Origin: an uncultured beta proteobacterium
GTDB taxonomy: Bacteria > Pseudomonadota > Gammaproteobacteria > Burkholderiales > SG8-41
DNA length: 64,000 nt
Direction: 5' to 3'
Assembly: GCA_963734595.1 (NCBI GenBank)
Contig: CAVTHV010000037.1
Span: 320,214-384,213 of the forward strand
Positions 12,975-22,674 of the stretch are shown piece by piece; the first letter of the stretch is position 1; each line of letters starts with the position of its first letter. Below the pieces are notes generated by a model that was not told the origin of the DNA, did no database searches, and was given only the letters and a program-made list of their open reading frames with translations. A program made the position numbers and the translations under genes.

Positions 12975-13002
12975 CGGCTGTGGTTCCAGGGAACCACAGC
13001 CG
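12975..13002. promoter_or_regulatory. 13-bp-arm perfect palindrome cggctgtggttcc-ag-ggaaccacagccg (candidate operator or leader hairpin)
   Basis: Read directly from the sequence. It lies 82-109 bp upstream of the tctC start at 12893, with no T-run on either side. Confidence 0.3.
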
Positions 13003-13252
13003 CTATCTTAACAGCGAATCTGCCGGGAAAGAATCCGTTCCGGCCTCACATTTCCACCGCTGCACTGGTAATCAACTCACCCCCGCGAAGGCGGAACTCC
13101 AGTACGATTCCGGGTAAAAGTAAACTCGGCCTGTTTTGCCCATTTTGCGTTCATGCGATGCCGTTCAACCTCATGGCCTTCCTTGACGGCAGCGCGGACG
13201 AAGCGGAAGCTTTCGCCATAGAAATGTTCTCCATCCTTTTTGAGTCCGGATC

Positions 13253-13996
13253 ATGAACACGCTGTCGCCGTTTGAGCTCGCGTACTGCAGTGCGGTGATA
13301 CTGCTGGCCTACGGGCTGCGCGGCAGCACCGGTTTCGGCGGCGCGGTCGGGATGCCGCTGCTCGCGCTGGTCATCCCCATAAAAACGCTGGTGCCGGTGT
13401 GGACGCTGCTCGGGTTCGCGTCTTCGGTCGCCATCCTCGGGCGCGACCGCCGGCACGTCGCCCGCCGCGATTTCATCGCTTTCGTCCCGTGGTGCCTGGT
13501 GGGCATCGCGGCCGGGCTCTACCTGTTCAAGACGCTCGACGCGCGCACGCTGGCGCGCAGCCTGGGCGTGCTGGTGCTGGGCTACGCGTGCTACTCGCTA
13601 TGGACCACGCTGCGCCCCCCGGCGGGATGGCACTGGCTGCCGCGCGTGCTCGGCCCCGTGGCAAGCGTGCTTTCCGGCGCGGTGGGCACGCTCTTCGGGA
13701 CCATGGGCACCGTGTTTTTCGCCATGTACCTCGAAGCGCGGGCGCTGGCGAAAGTCCAGTTCCGCGCCACCATGTCCGCGATGCTGCTCACGTTGAGCGC
13801 GGTGCGCGGCATCGGCTATTTCGCCGTGGGAGAGTTCACCCTGGAGGCGCTGCTGGTGTTCGCCGCAGCGTTGCCGTTGATGCTCATCGGGATCTACTTC
13901 GGCGACCGCATCCACGTCCGTCTCAGCGAAATGACGTTCAAGCGGCTCGTGTCCGCCACGCTGTTCGTGTGCGGCATTCCGCTGCTGCTGAGATAG
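13253..13996 (+). CDS. TauE/SafE family sulfite exporter-like membrane protein (DUF81)
   Basis: 247-aa polytopic membrane protein. Motifs GLRGSTGFGGAVGMPLLAL and the repeated half GAVGTLFGTMGTVFFAMYL are typical of the 4-TM x2 TauE family. Confidence 0.8.
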   Translation: MNTLSPFELAYCSAVILLAYGLRGSTGFGGAVGMPLLALVIPIKTLVPVWTLLGFASSVAILGRDRRHVARRDFIAFVPWCLVGIAAGLYLFKTLDARTLARSLGVLVLGYACYSLWTTLRPPAGWHWLPRVLGPVASVLSGAVGTLFGTMGTVFFAMYLEARALAKVQFRATMSAMLLTLSAVRGIGYFAVGEFTLEALLVFAAALPLMLIGIYFGDRIHVRLSEMTFKRLVSATLFVCGIPLLLR

Positions 13997-14137
13997 CGCG
14001 ACCTGGCCCGCGCGCGAGCACACAGCCGGAAGCGGTGCAGCCAGTGCGCTACAATTCATGCCCTCGGGCCGGCTTGCGGCGAATCACCGCCGGCAGCCGC
14101 GGACCGCAACCTCGGAACAAATCCGTGAGATTGAACC

Positions 14138-14300
14138 ATGAGATCGCACCACAAGATCGCCGTCGTCACCGATAAAGCGACAGCGCTTGCGTTGCTGAAG
14201 GATGGTTACCGTGCCCCACTCGCCGGCCGCCGGGCGCCGTCGGCGCAGGCCAGGCATTCAGGCCTCTCCAGCGAATCAAACCCGAAATCGCGCTGGGTGA
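14138..14300 (+). pseudogene. decayed relic of the 5' end of an SDR gene (paralogous to the intact gene at 15083)
   Basis: MRSHHKIAVVTDKATALALLKDGYRAPLAGRR compared with [38 protein letters not shown] at 15083. The relic lacks the glycine-rich dinucleotide-binding motif. The RBS context is also duplicated (gagattgaaccATG vs gagactaaaccATG). Confidence 0.55.
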
Positions 14301-15028
14301 ATGCTGCAGCAGCAGGACTGCTCGGATTCGCCGGCATGACTTGCGCTGATGCGGCGCAGGACCGCGAGCCGGTGGCAGAAGACGAACCGCTTACAAATTC
14401 ACTCCGACCGTTTACCGCACCACCGGCGAGCGGTCGGCGTACGATCTCAACCTGCGCGGCAACCGCGGTGCGCATACAGGGTGGGTCGGCTTTTACCGGC
14501 GCGCGGACGAATTCCAGCAACTGCGGCTCGGCTACGAGAACGCCGTGGAGCTGTCATTCGGCCGGGTAGTGCCGTCGCTGCAGTATGCAACGCGCGGGTT
14601 TCTCGGCGGCAGCTTGACCGCCGAGATCGGCGAGCGCTACTTCGGGGTGTTCGGCTGGGGGCGCACCAATCTCAAGGAATACTACAACCTCAATTTCGAT
14701 CCGAACGATGCGGTGACGATCGGCGCCGGAACGCGCGCGCTGCCGAAGACCATGCTTACCCTGTTCCAGGTCCGGGACGACCGGCTCGGCACCGGCCAGC
14801 GCGTGACTCACCTGGTGGCCCGGCAGCAAGCCCGACGACAGGACGCGCTGGACGGTGGATGCGTTCCACAAAGAGGGCCGCTCCGCGGACGACAACGAGT
14901 GGGTACGCGGCACCGGCATCGCGGTAGCTTACGATTTCGGCCGCTACTTTGCGCGCGTGACAAGCGATCCACACGTCAATTTCTCGAACAACCACATGGT
15001 GCGCGCCGCGCTCGGCTTTCGTTTTTGA
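14297..15028 (+). pseudogene. putative outer-membrane beta-barrel protein of unknown family, at least two frameshifts (near 14396 and 14827); start uncertain
   Basis: Stitched from three frames: VNAAAAGLLGFAGMTCADA (signal-like), then FTPTVYRTTGERSAYDLNLRGNRGAHTGWVGFYRR...LSFGRVVPSLQYATRGFLGGSLTAEIGERYFGVFGWGRTN...KPDDRTRWTVDAFHKEG...GIAVAYDFGRYFARVTSDPHVNFSNNHMVRAALGFRF*. The alternating hydrophobic pattern and terminal Phe are OMP hallmarks. Confidence 0.45.
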
Positions 15029-15082
15029 ACCGCGATGCGCCGCCGTTGCAATCGTAACAGGACGACCCAGGGAGACTAAACC

Positions 15083-15841
15083 ATGAACTCGCACCACAAG
15101 GTCGCCGTCGTCACCGGCGCCGGCACCGGCATCGGCAAGGCTTCGGCGCTCGCGCTGCTGAACGACGGCTATCGCGTCGCGCTTGCAGGTCGCCGCCAGG
15201 AATTGCTGGAGCAGACGGTCAGGGATGCGGGCGCGAACGGCAGGAACGCGCTGGCGGTTCCCACCGACGTCAGCAAGCCGGAATCGGTGAAGGCGCTTTT
15301 TGCGAAAGCGAAGGAAGCGTTCGGCCGCATCGACGTGCTGTTCAACAATGCCGGCCTCAACGCGCCGGGCATCCTGTTCGAGGACCTCACCTACGAGAAA
15401 TGGAAAGAGGTGGTGGACGTCAACCTGACCGGCATGTTCCTTTGCGCGCAGGAGGCATTCCGGCACATGAAAAGCCAGGAGCCGCGCGGCGGCCGCATCA
15501 TCAACAACGGCTCGATCTCGGCGCACGCGCCGCGGCCGGACTCCGCGCCCTACACCGCCACCAAGCACGGCGTGACCGGGCTGACCAAGGTGATCTCGCT
15601 CGACGGCCGCAAGTACGACATCGCCTGCAGCCAGATCGACATCGGCAATGCCGTTACCGAACTTGCGGCGCGCATGGCGAAGGGCGTCAAACAGGCCAAC
15701 GGCACGATCGCGCCGGAGCCGATGATGGACGTTGCCAAAGTCGGCGAGGCGGTGCGTTACATGGCGAGCCTGCCGCTCGACGTCAACGTGCAGTTCATGA
15801 CGATCATGGCGACGAAGATGCCGTTCGTGGGAAGGGGCTGA
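15083..15841 (+). CDS. SDR family oxidoreductase
   Basis: [10 protein letters not shown] Rossmann motif, NNAG, and the catalytic YTATK (YxxxK) motif. Intact 252-aa ORF. Confidence 0.9.
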   Translation: MNSHHKVAVVTGAGTGIGKASALALLNDGYRVALAGRRQELLEQTVRDAGANGRNALAVPTDVSKPESVKALFAKAKEAFGRIDVLFNNAGLNAPGILFEDLTYEKWKEVVDVNLTGMFLCAQEAFRHMKSQEPRGGRIINNGSISAHAPRPDSAPYTATKHGVTGLTKVISLDGRKYDIACSQIDIGNAVTELAARMAKGVKQANGTIAPEPMMDVAKVGEAVRYMASLPLDVNVQFMTIMATKMPFVGRG

Positions 15842-15845
15842 CAGC

Positions 15846-16824
15846 ATGAAAATCTGCATATTCGGCGCGGGCGCGGTGGGCAGTCACGTCGCGGCACGGC
15901 TGGCCGCGGCCAAAAGCGGATACGATCACGGTCGTGGCGCGCGGCGCGCACTTGAAAGCGATCCGCGAACACGGCATCACGCTGCGCGCGAACGACGCTC
16001 CGCCAATCACCTCGCGACCCGACGTCGCGACCGACGACCCCTCCACGCTGCCGCCGCAGGACCTGCTGCTCGTCGCGCTCAAGGCGTGCGTGCTGCCCGG
16101 CGCGGCCGACACGCTGGCGCGGCTGCTCGCGCCGGAGGGCTGCGCCGTGTTCCTCAACAACGGCATTCCGTGGTGGTGGCCGTACGGACTGCCGGGCAAC
16201 CGCGGCCCGCTGCCGCTGCTCGATCCCGAAGGAGCGCTCTGGAACCGGCTGCGGCAACGCGCACTGGGCTGCGTCGTCAATTCGCCCAACGAAATCGTCG
16301 AACCGGGCGTTGTGCTGCACAGCGGCCGCTGCCGCTTCACCATCGGCGAGCCCGACGGCTCGATGAGCGAACGCCTCGACCGCACGGTCGCGGTGTTCAA
16401 CCGCAGCGGCATGGAATGCGCGGCCGCGACCGACCTGCGCCGCGAGATCTGGGGCAAACTCGTGCTCAATGCGTCGGCCAACCCGTTGTCGGCACTGACC
16501 CGCCTCTCTCCGATCGAACTCGGTGCCGATCCGGAAATGCGCCGGCTCATGGCAAGCCTCATGCGCGAAACGCTGGAAGTTGCCGCGGCGCTGGGCTGGG
16601 ATTTGCGCGCGGAAATCGATGTCGAGCAGCTCTCCGCGCGCAAGGACCGCAAGCCGGGCCCGCGGCTGTCGATGCTGCAGGACGTGCTGCTGAATCGGCC
16701 GCTGGAAGTGGAAGCGATTCTCGGACAAACCCAGGCCTTCGCGCGCGAGACGGGCGTCGCCGTGCCGACGATCGACGTCATCCTGCCGCTGCTGCGCGGA
16801 CTCGACCGTTCAATCCGGAGCTGA
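15846..16824 (+). pseudogene. 2-dehydropantoate 2-reductase (PanE/ApbA family), one frameshift near 15911-15914
   Basis: MKICIFGAGAVGSHVAARLAAAK in frame 1, then ADTITVVARGAHLKAIREHGITL...EIWGKLVLNASANPLSALT...SMLQDV in the 15934..16824 frame. The shift is at an AAAA run, and one fewer A restores the frame. Confidence 0.8.
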
Positions 16825-16937
16825 CGAGACCGGAGAAACCCGTCGTGCGGCGTGACGCACTGCGCCACAAGCAGAATCGTGCACGTCCGTTTGCGGCATT
16901 ACCCATGACAAGCACATGGTCGAACGCGTATCACCGC

Positions 16938-16951
16938 TTGATCGAAATCAA
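16938..16951 (+). promoter_or_regulatory. consensus FNR/Dnr/NnrR box TTGATCGAAATCAA with -10 GATAAT at 16974-16979 (class II promoter of nnrS)
   Basis: Perfect TTGAT-N4-ATCAA. The box centre is at 16944.5, which predicts a -10 hexamer at 16974-16979, where GATAAT is found. The nnrS ATG is at 17021. Confidence 0.7.
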
Positions 16952-17020
16952 GCGCGCGAGAAAAAGATTCGGGGATAATGGGTTCCCTTCGCTGCTGCAC
17001 CCACAAGGTAAAAAAATCCC

Positions 17021-18211
17021 ATGACTTCCGCCGCCCCTGCTGAAAATCTCACTGGAAAACATGCACCCGGGTTCGCGCTGTTCGCCCTCGGCTTCCGCCC
17101 GTTCTACTTGCTGGCGGGCGCATTCGGCGCGTTAAGCATACTGCTGTGGGCGGCGCAGTACGCGGGATGGCTGGGCTCCGCCGTCATCCTGCACGGGCCG
17201 CAATGGCATGCTCACGAGATGCTGTTCGGCTATACCTTCGCGGTGATCGTGGGGTTCCTGTTCACCGCGGTACGCAACTGGACGCAACAGCCGACACCGG
17301 CAGGCGCGCCGCTCGCCGCACTCGCCGTGCTCTGGCTCGCTGGCCGCGTTCTGGCCGTGACGCCATGGTCAGCGTGGGCCGCGCTGACCGATACCGTGTT
17401 CACGCTCGGCGTCGCGCTCGGCATCGCGCGCCCGCTCGTTGCCAGCCGCAACCGGCGCAATTATTTTTTCGTTGCGGTCGTGCTGGCGCTGGGCGCGATC
17501 AATCTCGCGTTTTACGCCGCGCTGCAGGACGTCGCGCCGTTTTCGGCCGACACCGCAGTCGCCATCGGCCTCGACGTCGTGCTGTTCATCATGGCGGTCA
17601 TGGCCGGGCGCGTGGTGCCGATGTTCACCAACAACGCAGTGCCGGGCGCCGGCGCGCGCCGCGTCTCTGCAATCGAATATGCTGCGCTCGGCAGCATACT
17701 GATTTTGCTCGCCGCGGATCTCGCCGGACAAACAGGGTTCGCCGCCGTGATCGCGGCAGCCGCCGCGGTTGTCCACGGCATCCGTCTCGCGCTGTGGGCG
17801 CCGCTGAAAACGCGCCGTCAGCCGCTGCTGTGGATCCTGCACGCGTCCTACGCGTGGATCATCGTTCACCTCGCGCTGCGCGCCGCGGCCGGGCTCGGCT
17901 GGATCGTGCCGAACCTGGCAACGCACGCGCTCACCATCGGCGCCATCGGCGGGCTCACCCTCGGCATGATGACGCGCTCGGCGCTCGGGCATAGCGGGCG
18001 GCTGCTGGTCGCCGGCCGTGCCGAGGTTGCATCCTACGTGCTGATTCAGCTGTCTGCCGCCGCGCGCGTGCTGCTGCCGATCGCGGTGCCCGCGGCCTAC
18101 GTCACGGGCGCGGCACTGTCCGGCCTGCTGTGGTCGGTGGCGTTCGCCATTTTCACCGTCGCCTACTGGCCGGTGCTCACGCAACCGCGCATCGACGGCA
18201 AGCCCGGTTGA
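17021..18211 (+). CDS. nnrS: NnrS family membrane protein (NO-response heme/copper protein)
   Basis: 396-aa, about 12-TM protein with a typical NnrS N-terminus (FALFALGFRPFYLLAGAFGALSILLWAAQYAGW...HAHEMLFGY). Confidence 0.9.
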   Translation: MTSAAPAENLTGKHAPGFALFALGFRPFYLLAGAFGALSILLWAAQYAGWLGSAVILHGPQWHAHEMLFGYTFAVIVGFLFTAVRNWTQQPTPAGAPLAALAVLWLAGRVLAVTPWSAWAALTDTVFTLGVALGIARPLVASRNRRNYFFVAVVLALGAINLAFYAALQDVAPFSADTAVAIGLDVVLFIMAVMAGRVVPMFTNNAVPGAGARRVSAIEYAALGSILILLAADLAGQTGFAAVIAAAAAVVHGIRLALWAPLKTRRQPLLWILHASYAWIIVHLALRAAAGLGWIVPNLATHALTIGAIGGLTLGMMTRSALGHSGRLLVAGRAEVASYVLIQLSAAARVLLPIAVPAAYVTGAALSGLLWSVAFAIFTVAYWPVLTQPRIDGKPG

Positions 18212-18250
18212 ACCGCGAACGCGTTCTTCCATATTCGAGGAGAATCCCTG

Positions 18251-19143
18251 ATGGCCGAAGCGACGTTTCACGGTGTTTTTCCCTATCTGGTTTCGCCGCT
18301 GAGCGATTCGGGCGAAGTCAAAGCCGACGTCCTCGCACGACTCTGCGATGATCTCATTAAGCCGCCGGCGTGCACGGACTGACGCCGCTCGGCTCGACGG
18401 GCGAGTTCGCCTACCTCAACTGGCCGCAGCGACGGCGGATCGTCGAAGTGGTCGTGGCGGCGGCGAAGGGCCGCGTGCCCGTGGTGGCGGGTGTGGCGGC
18501 CACCACGATTGCCGATGGCGTGTTCCAGGCGCGCGAAATGGAACGGCTCGGCTGCGACGGCATCCTGGCGATCCTCGAGGCGTACTTTCCGGTAACGGAT
18601 GAAGGCGTATTCACCTACTTCAAGGCGGTTGCCGAGGCCGTCGCACTGCCGGTGGTGCTGTACACCAATCCGAACTTCCAGCGCTCCGACCTGAGCCTGC
18701 CCGTCATCGACCGCCTGAGCCGCATTCCGAACGTCCGTTACATCAAGGACGCTTCGTACAATACCGGGCGCCTGCTGTCGATCATCAACCGCGTGGAGGG
18801 CCGGATGCAGGTGTTCTCGGCATCGGCGCACATTCCGGCCTGTGTCATGCTCATCGGCGGCGTCGGCTGGATGGCGGGCCCGGCCTGTCTCGTGCCCCGC
18901 CGCAGCGTCGAACTCTACGACCTTTGCCGCCGTGGCGACTGGCAGCAGGCGATGCAGCTGCAGCGCAGTTTATGGGCCATCAACCAGGTGTTTGCCAAAC
19001 ACAATCTGGCGGCCTGCATCAAAGGCGGCCTGCAGCTTCAGGGTTATGACGTCGGGAACCCGCTGCCGCCGCAGGCGCCGTTGTCGCAGGAGGGGGTCGA
19101 GGAAGTGCGGCGGGTACTGGTCGAGGCAGGTGCTTTGAAATAA
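18251..19143 (+). pseudogene. dihydrodipicolinate synthase / N-acetylneuraminate lyase family aldolase, one frameshift near 18361
   Basis: [37 protein letters not shown] (ATG 18251) stops prematurely. The 18370..19143 frame continues with [27 protein letters not shown]...VRYIKDAS. The junction attaaGccgccggc is restored by one extra G. Confidence 0.8.
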
Positions 19144-19154
19144 AGTCAGGCCGG

Positions 19155-19967
19155 CTAACGCACCACGATCAGCGGGCAGCGGATCGCTTCGAGCAAGGCC
19201 TCGATTTCAGACGCAAATTCCTGCACGCCATCGCCGGGCCAGAACAGGACGGCCGGGTCTTCACTGGCGACAATTTCCGCGAGGTGCTCGGGCGTCGAGT
19301 CAAGCAACGGCGCGATGCGCGCGGTGGCGCCGTGCTCGCCGAGCCAGGCATCCACCCGCGCCAGCAATTCCGCACCTTCTGCGCCGCGTTCGGTAAGGAA
19401 CAACACCAGCTCGGTGGCATTTTCCCGCGCCAGCCGGTGCGCCGCCGCGAGCGCACGCAACGCGCCGTGTCCCGGCCGCAGCGCCACGGCCACCGGTCGC
19501 GCCCGCCGCAGCTTCGCGCCAGCCAATATGGCGTTCAGTGTCGTGCGCAGGGCGCTGGCCAGCTCGGTATGCGCGAGCGTCCGCACCGCGCTGCTGGCAA
19601 ACACCACGAGATCGCCCTCGGCGGAGGCCTCCAGCAGCACGCGCACCGGCCGCCCGCGCACCGTCTCGAATGTCCACTCGAGCTGCGCGCCATGCACGGC
19701 CTCGGCCAGCGCGCGCCGCAATTCGCCGGCCTGACGCTTGAGTGCATGCTCGACCTCGGAGGCGACGACCCGGCGCATGGTGGCGGAGGCCGCCCCGATT
19801 TCGAGCGCAAACGGCAGTTCGGCAAGACGCAGCAGATTGATGTCCTCGACGAACAGCGCTGCGAGTTCCGCCCCGGCGGCCCGCGCGAGCTGCGCCGCCG
19901 CGATCAGCGCCGGGGAATCCGGCGCAGCCGGACCGATCGCAACGATCACGCGCGCGCGCGCGCTCAT
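19155..19967 (-). CDS. hypothetical protein with two USP-like (adenine nucleotide alpha-hydrolase-like) halves
   Basis: 270-aa ORF. Its start ATG overlaps the stop of the Lon-like gene (ATGA at 19964-19967). The repeated architecture VIVAIG...LVVFAS and VAVALRPG...LIVVR resembles tandem universal stress domains. I could not identify an ATP-binding G-2x-G-9x-G(S/T) motif. Confidence 0.5.
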   Translation of the reverse strand: MSARARVIVAIGPAAPDSPALIAAAQLARAAGAELAALFVEDINLLRLAELPFALEIGAASATMRRVVASEVEHALKRQAGELRRALAEAVHGAQLEWTFETVRGRPVRVLLEASAEGDLVVFASSAVRTLAHTELASALRTTLNAILAGAKLRRARPVAVALRPGHGALRALAAAHRLARENATELVLFLTERGAEGAELLARVDAWLGEHGATARIAPLLDSTPEHLAEIVASEDPAVLFWPGDGVQEFASEIEALLEAIRCPLIVVR

Positions 19968-22432
19968 TGCTTATCCTTCGCGGCCGCAGGACGACGTTTC
20001 CGCTTCCCGCCTGTGGCGTAGGCCAAACGCGACTGCGAGAACTGACGCAGCCGGCGCGCGACGCGTCCGTTGATGCTGTCCGGCGGCCAGTTGCCTCCCG
20101 CATCGGCTGCGCCGGCGGCAACGCCGGTCAGCAGTTCGACGACCTGATCGACCGTCTCGACCGCGTAGACATGGAATTTCCCGTCGGCCACCGCCTGCAC
20201 GACGTCGCCGCGCAGCATCAGGTGCTCGACGTTCGCCAACGGGATCAACACCCCATGCTCGCCGCCGAGCCCGCGCGCCTTGCAGACGTCGAAAAAGCCC
20301 TCGATTTTTTCGTTGACGCCGCCGATCGCCTGGATCTGCCCGAGCTGGTTCACCGAGCCGGTCACCGCGAGCGATTGCCTGATCGGCGCCTCGGCGAGCG
20401 ATGACATGAGTGCGGCCAGCTCGGCCGCGGACGCGCTGTCGCCCTCGACCGTGCCGTAGGTCTGTTCGAACACCAGGCTCGCCGACAGCGAGTGCGGCCG
20501 GTTGGTGGAAAAGCGCGTGGCCAGAAAGCTGGAGAGGATCAGCACCCCCTTGGAATGAATGGCCCCGCCCAGCTCGACCTCGCGCTGCACGTCGATCACA
20601 TTGCCCTCGCCGAGCCGGGTGGCCGCCGTGATCCGGGTCGGCATGCCGAAAGCGAAGTTGCCGACTTCGAATACCGACAGGCCGTTCACCTGCCCGACCT
20701 TCGCCCCGGCGGTATCGATCAGGATGGTGCCGCGCAGAATCGCCTCGTTCAACCGTTCGCGCACCCGGTCGGCGCGCGCAAACTGCGCGTCGATCGCCTG
20801 CTGCACGTGCCCGGCAGCAACCTGCGCCGCCGCCTGCGCGGCGCGCATGGAAATCCGCCTCGCCCAGGAGGTCGTTGAATTCCCGGACGTTGGTCGACAC
20901 CTTCGCCGCATCGCCGACGCGGCGCGCGCCCTGCTCGATCACGCGGCTCACGGCACCGCGCTCGAACGGCAGCATCCCGCCGCGGCGCGCCATCGTGGCG
21001 ATCAGGCGCGCGTAGAGGTCGTGCGCTTCGGCGCTGCGCGGAATCTCCTCCTCGAAGTCGGCCATGACCTTGAACAGTTCGCGGAAGTCGGGATCCCACG
21101 CATACAGCAGGTAGTACCACATGCGTTCGCCGAACAGCACCACCTTCAGGTCGAGCGGTATCGGCTCGGGCTCGAGCGACTCGGTCGAAACCAGGCTGTA
21201 CATCTGGCCGATCGACTCGATGCGGATCTCGCGCGTCGACAGCGCGCGCTTCAGGGCATCCCAGGCGAACGGCTGCATCAGCAGCTTGTGGACATCGAGC
21301 AGCAGGTAGCCGCCGTTGGCGCGATGCAGGGCCCCCGCCTTGATCATGCGAAAAGTCGGTCGTCAGCATCCCGAACTGCGCGATATGCTCGACCCGCCCC
21401 AGCAGATTCGCATAGGTCGGATTGTCCTCGAACACGGCCAGGGAACCATCGGGCTCGCCGCGGTCGACGACGATGTTGACCGACGTAGCGCCGGAAGGAC
21501 GGCGGCTCGGTCACCGGCAAACCGAACGGTCCCGGCGCGCCTTCCTCCTTGTGGCGGAAATCGTCGGCGTTCTCGATCACGTCCTGCTGCACGGCCTCGA
21601 GGTATTTCGACACCTTCTCCAGGTCGGCGTAACGCTCCTTGAGTTCCTCCATGAGATTGCCGACGGCAAACAGCGTCACTTCCCGGTTGAGCTGCCGGAC
21701 CTTGTCGCGGTGCTCGCGCCGCCATTGCCGCATCTGGCGGAAGAGGCGCTCGAGCTTGGTCCGCAATTCGGCCAGCACGCGATCGAGCTGCTGCTGTTCG
21801 GCCTCCGGCAGGTTCGCGAAATCCTCCGCGCTGATGACTTCGCCGTCCTTCAGCGGCGCGAGCGAAAATCCGGTCGGGGTGCGCAGCAGGCCGATGTTGT
21901 GGCCCGCGGCTTCCTTGCCCAGTTCGGTAAGCGCGGTTTCCTGCCGCGCGCCGAATTCGGCATCGATCTGCTCGATGCGCGTGCGGTATTCGTCGCTCTC
22001 GAATGCGGCCGGAATCGCGGAACCGAGTTCCTCGACCAGCTGCCGCATGTCCTGGCGCAGTTGCCGGCCGCGGCCGGCGGGCAGAGACACGGCCAGCGGC
22101 TTGTGCGGCTGCGCGAAGTTGTTGACGTAGACCCAGTCGAGCAGCTGCGCCTGCCGATGCGCCTCCTGCTCGAGGCTGTTGCGCACCAGCGTGCGTTTGC
22201 CCGAACCGGCGGGGCCCATCACGAAAAGGTTGTAGCCCTGGCGCGCGATGCCCAGGCCAAAGTCGACGGCATTGCGCGCGCGCTCCTGGCCGATCGCGGC
22301 GTCGAAATCGGGCAGCTCCGCGGTCGTTGCGAATTTGAATTGCGCCGGGTCACAGTGGCGGTACAACACCGCTGGCGCCAGTTTTAGCGGGCTACCCATT
22401 TTTCGTCCCCGATCCTTTCGAAGCCAAGGCAT
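19964..22432 (-). pseudogene. Lon-like AAA+ protease (AAA ATPase N-domain plus S16 Lon protease C-domain), three frameshifts (near 21480, 21352, 20865)
   Basis: Stitched from four track ORFs. Includes Walker A GPAGSGKRT; VNIVVDRGEPDGSLAVFEDNPTYANLLGRVEH; [17 protein letters not shown]; and the Lon protease domain NGLSVFEVG...[12 protein letters not shown]...[16 protein letters not shown]...[24 protein letters not shown]. Confidence 0.8.
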
Positions 22433-22600
22433 GTGGCATATGACGCTCGAATTGCCGGCCCGGTGCAGCGCGCGGCCCCGCAGCGTCCGTGTAAATGCAT
22501 GCCGTTGTTTTTAAACGGTAATATCAGGTCTGTCGGATGGCACATGCGACACCGGCAGCAGCGACCGTTTAAAGCCTAGCCGATTCGGTACGCGGGTATA

Positions 22601-22614
22601 TTGATCCCAGTCAA
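22601..22614 (+). promoter_or_regulatory. FNR-type box TTGATCCCAGTCAA with -10 TAGATT at 22637-22642 ahead of the groEL paralog
   Basis: One mismatch to TTGAT-N4-ATCAA. The centre at 22607.5 predicts a -10 at 22637-22642, where TAGATT is found. The groEL-like ATG is at 22675. Confidence 0.55.
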
Positions 22615-22674
22615 ACTAGCCAACTGCCCCAGGGGTTAGATTTTTCGAGTTGCGATCACTTCGGGACGCGAAAC

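Noticed and set aside
13151-13456. 101-aa minus-strand ORF, and a 22-codon ORF with an AGGA-like RBS near 13160-13230
   Set aside because: The long ORF overlaps the well-supported TauE gene antisense. The short one has no conservation evidence I can assess.
19964-22432. Lon-like protease considered as a BREX BrxL-type defence component
   Set aside because: No PglX, PglZ, BrxA, BrxB or BrxC-like genes or other defence genes are adjacent. The neighbours are a USP-like protein, an aldolase and a chaperonin.
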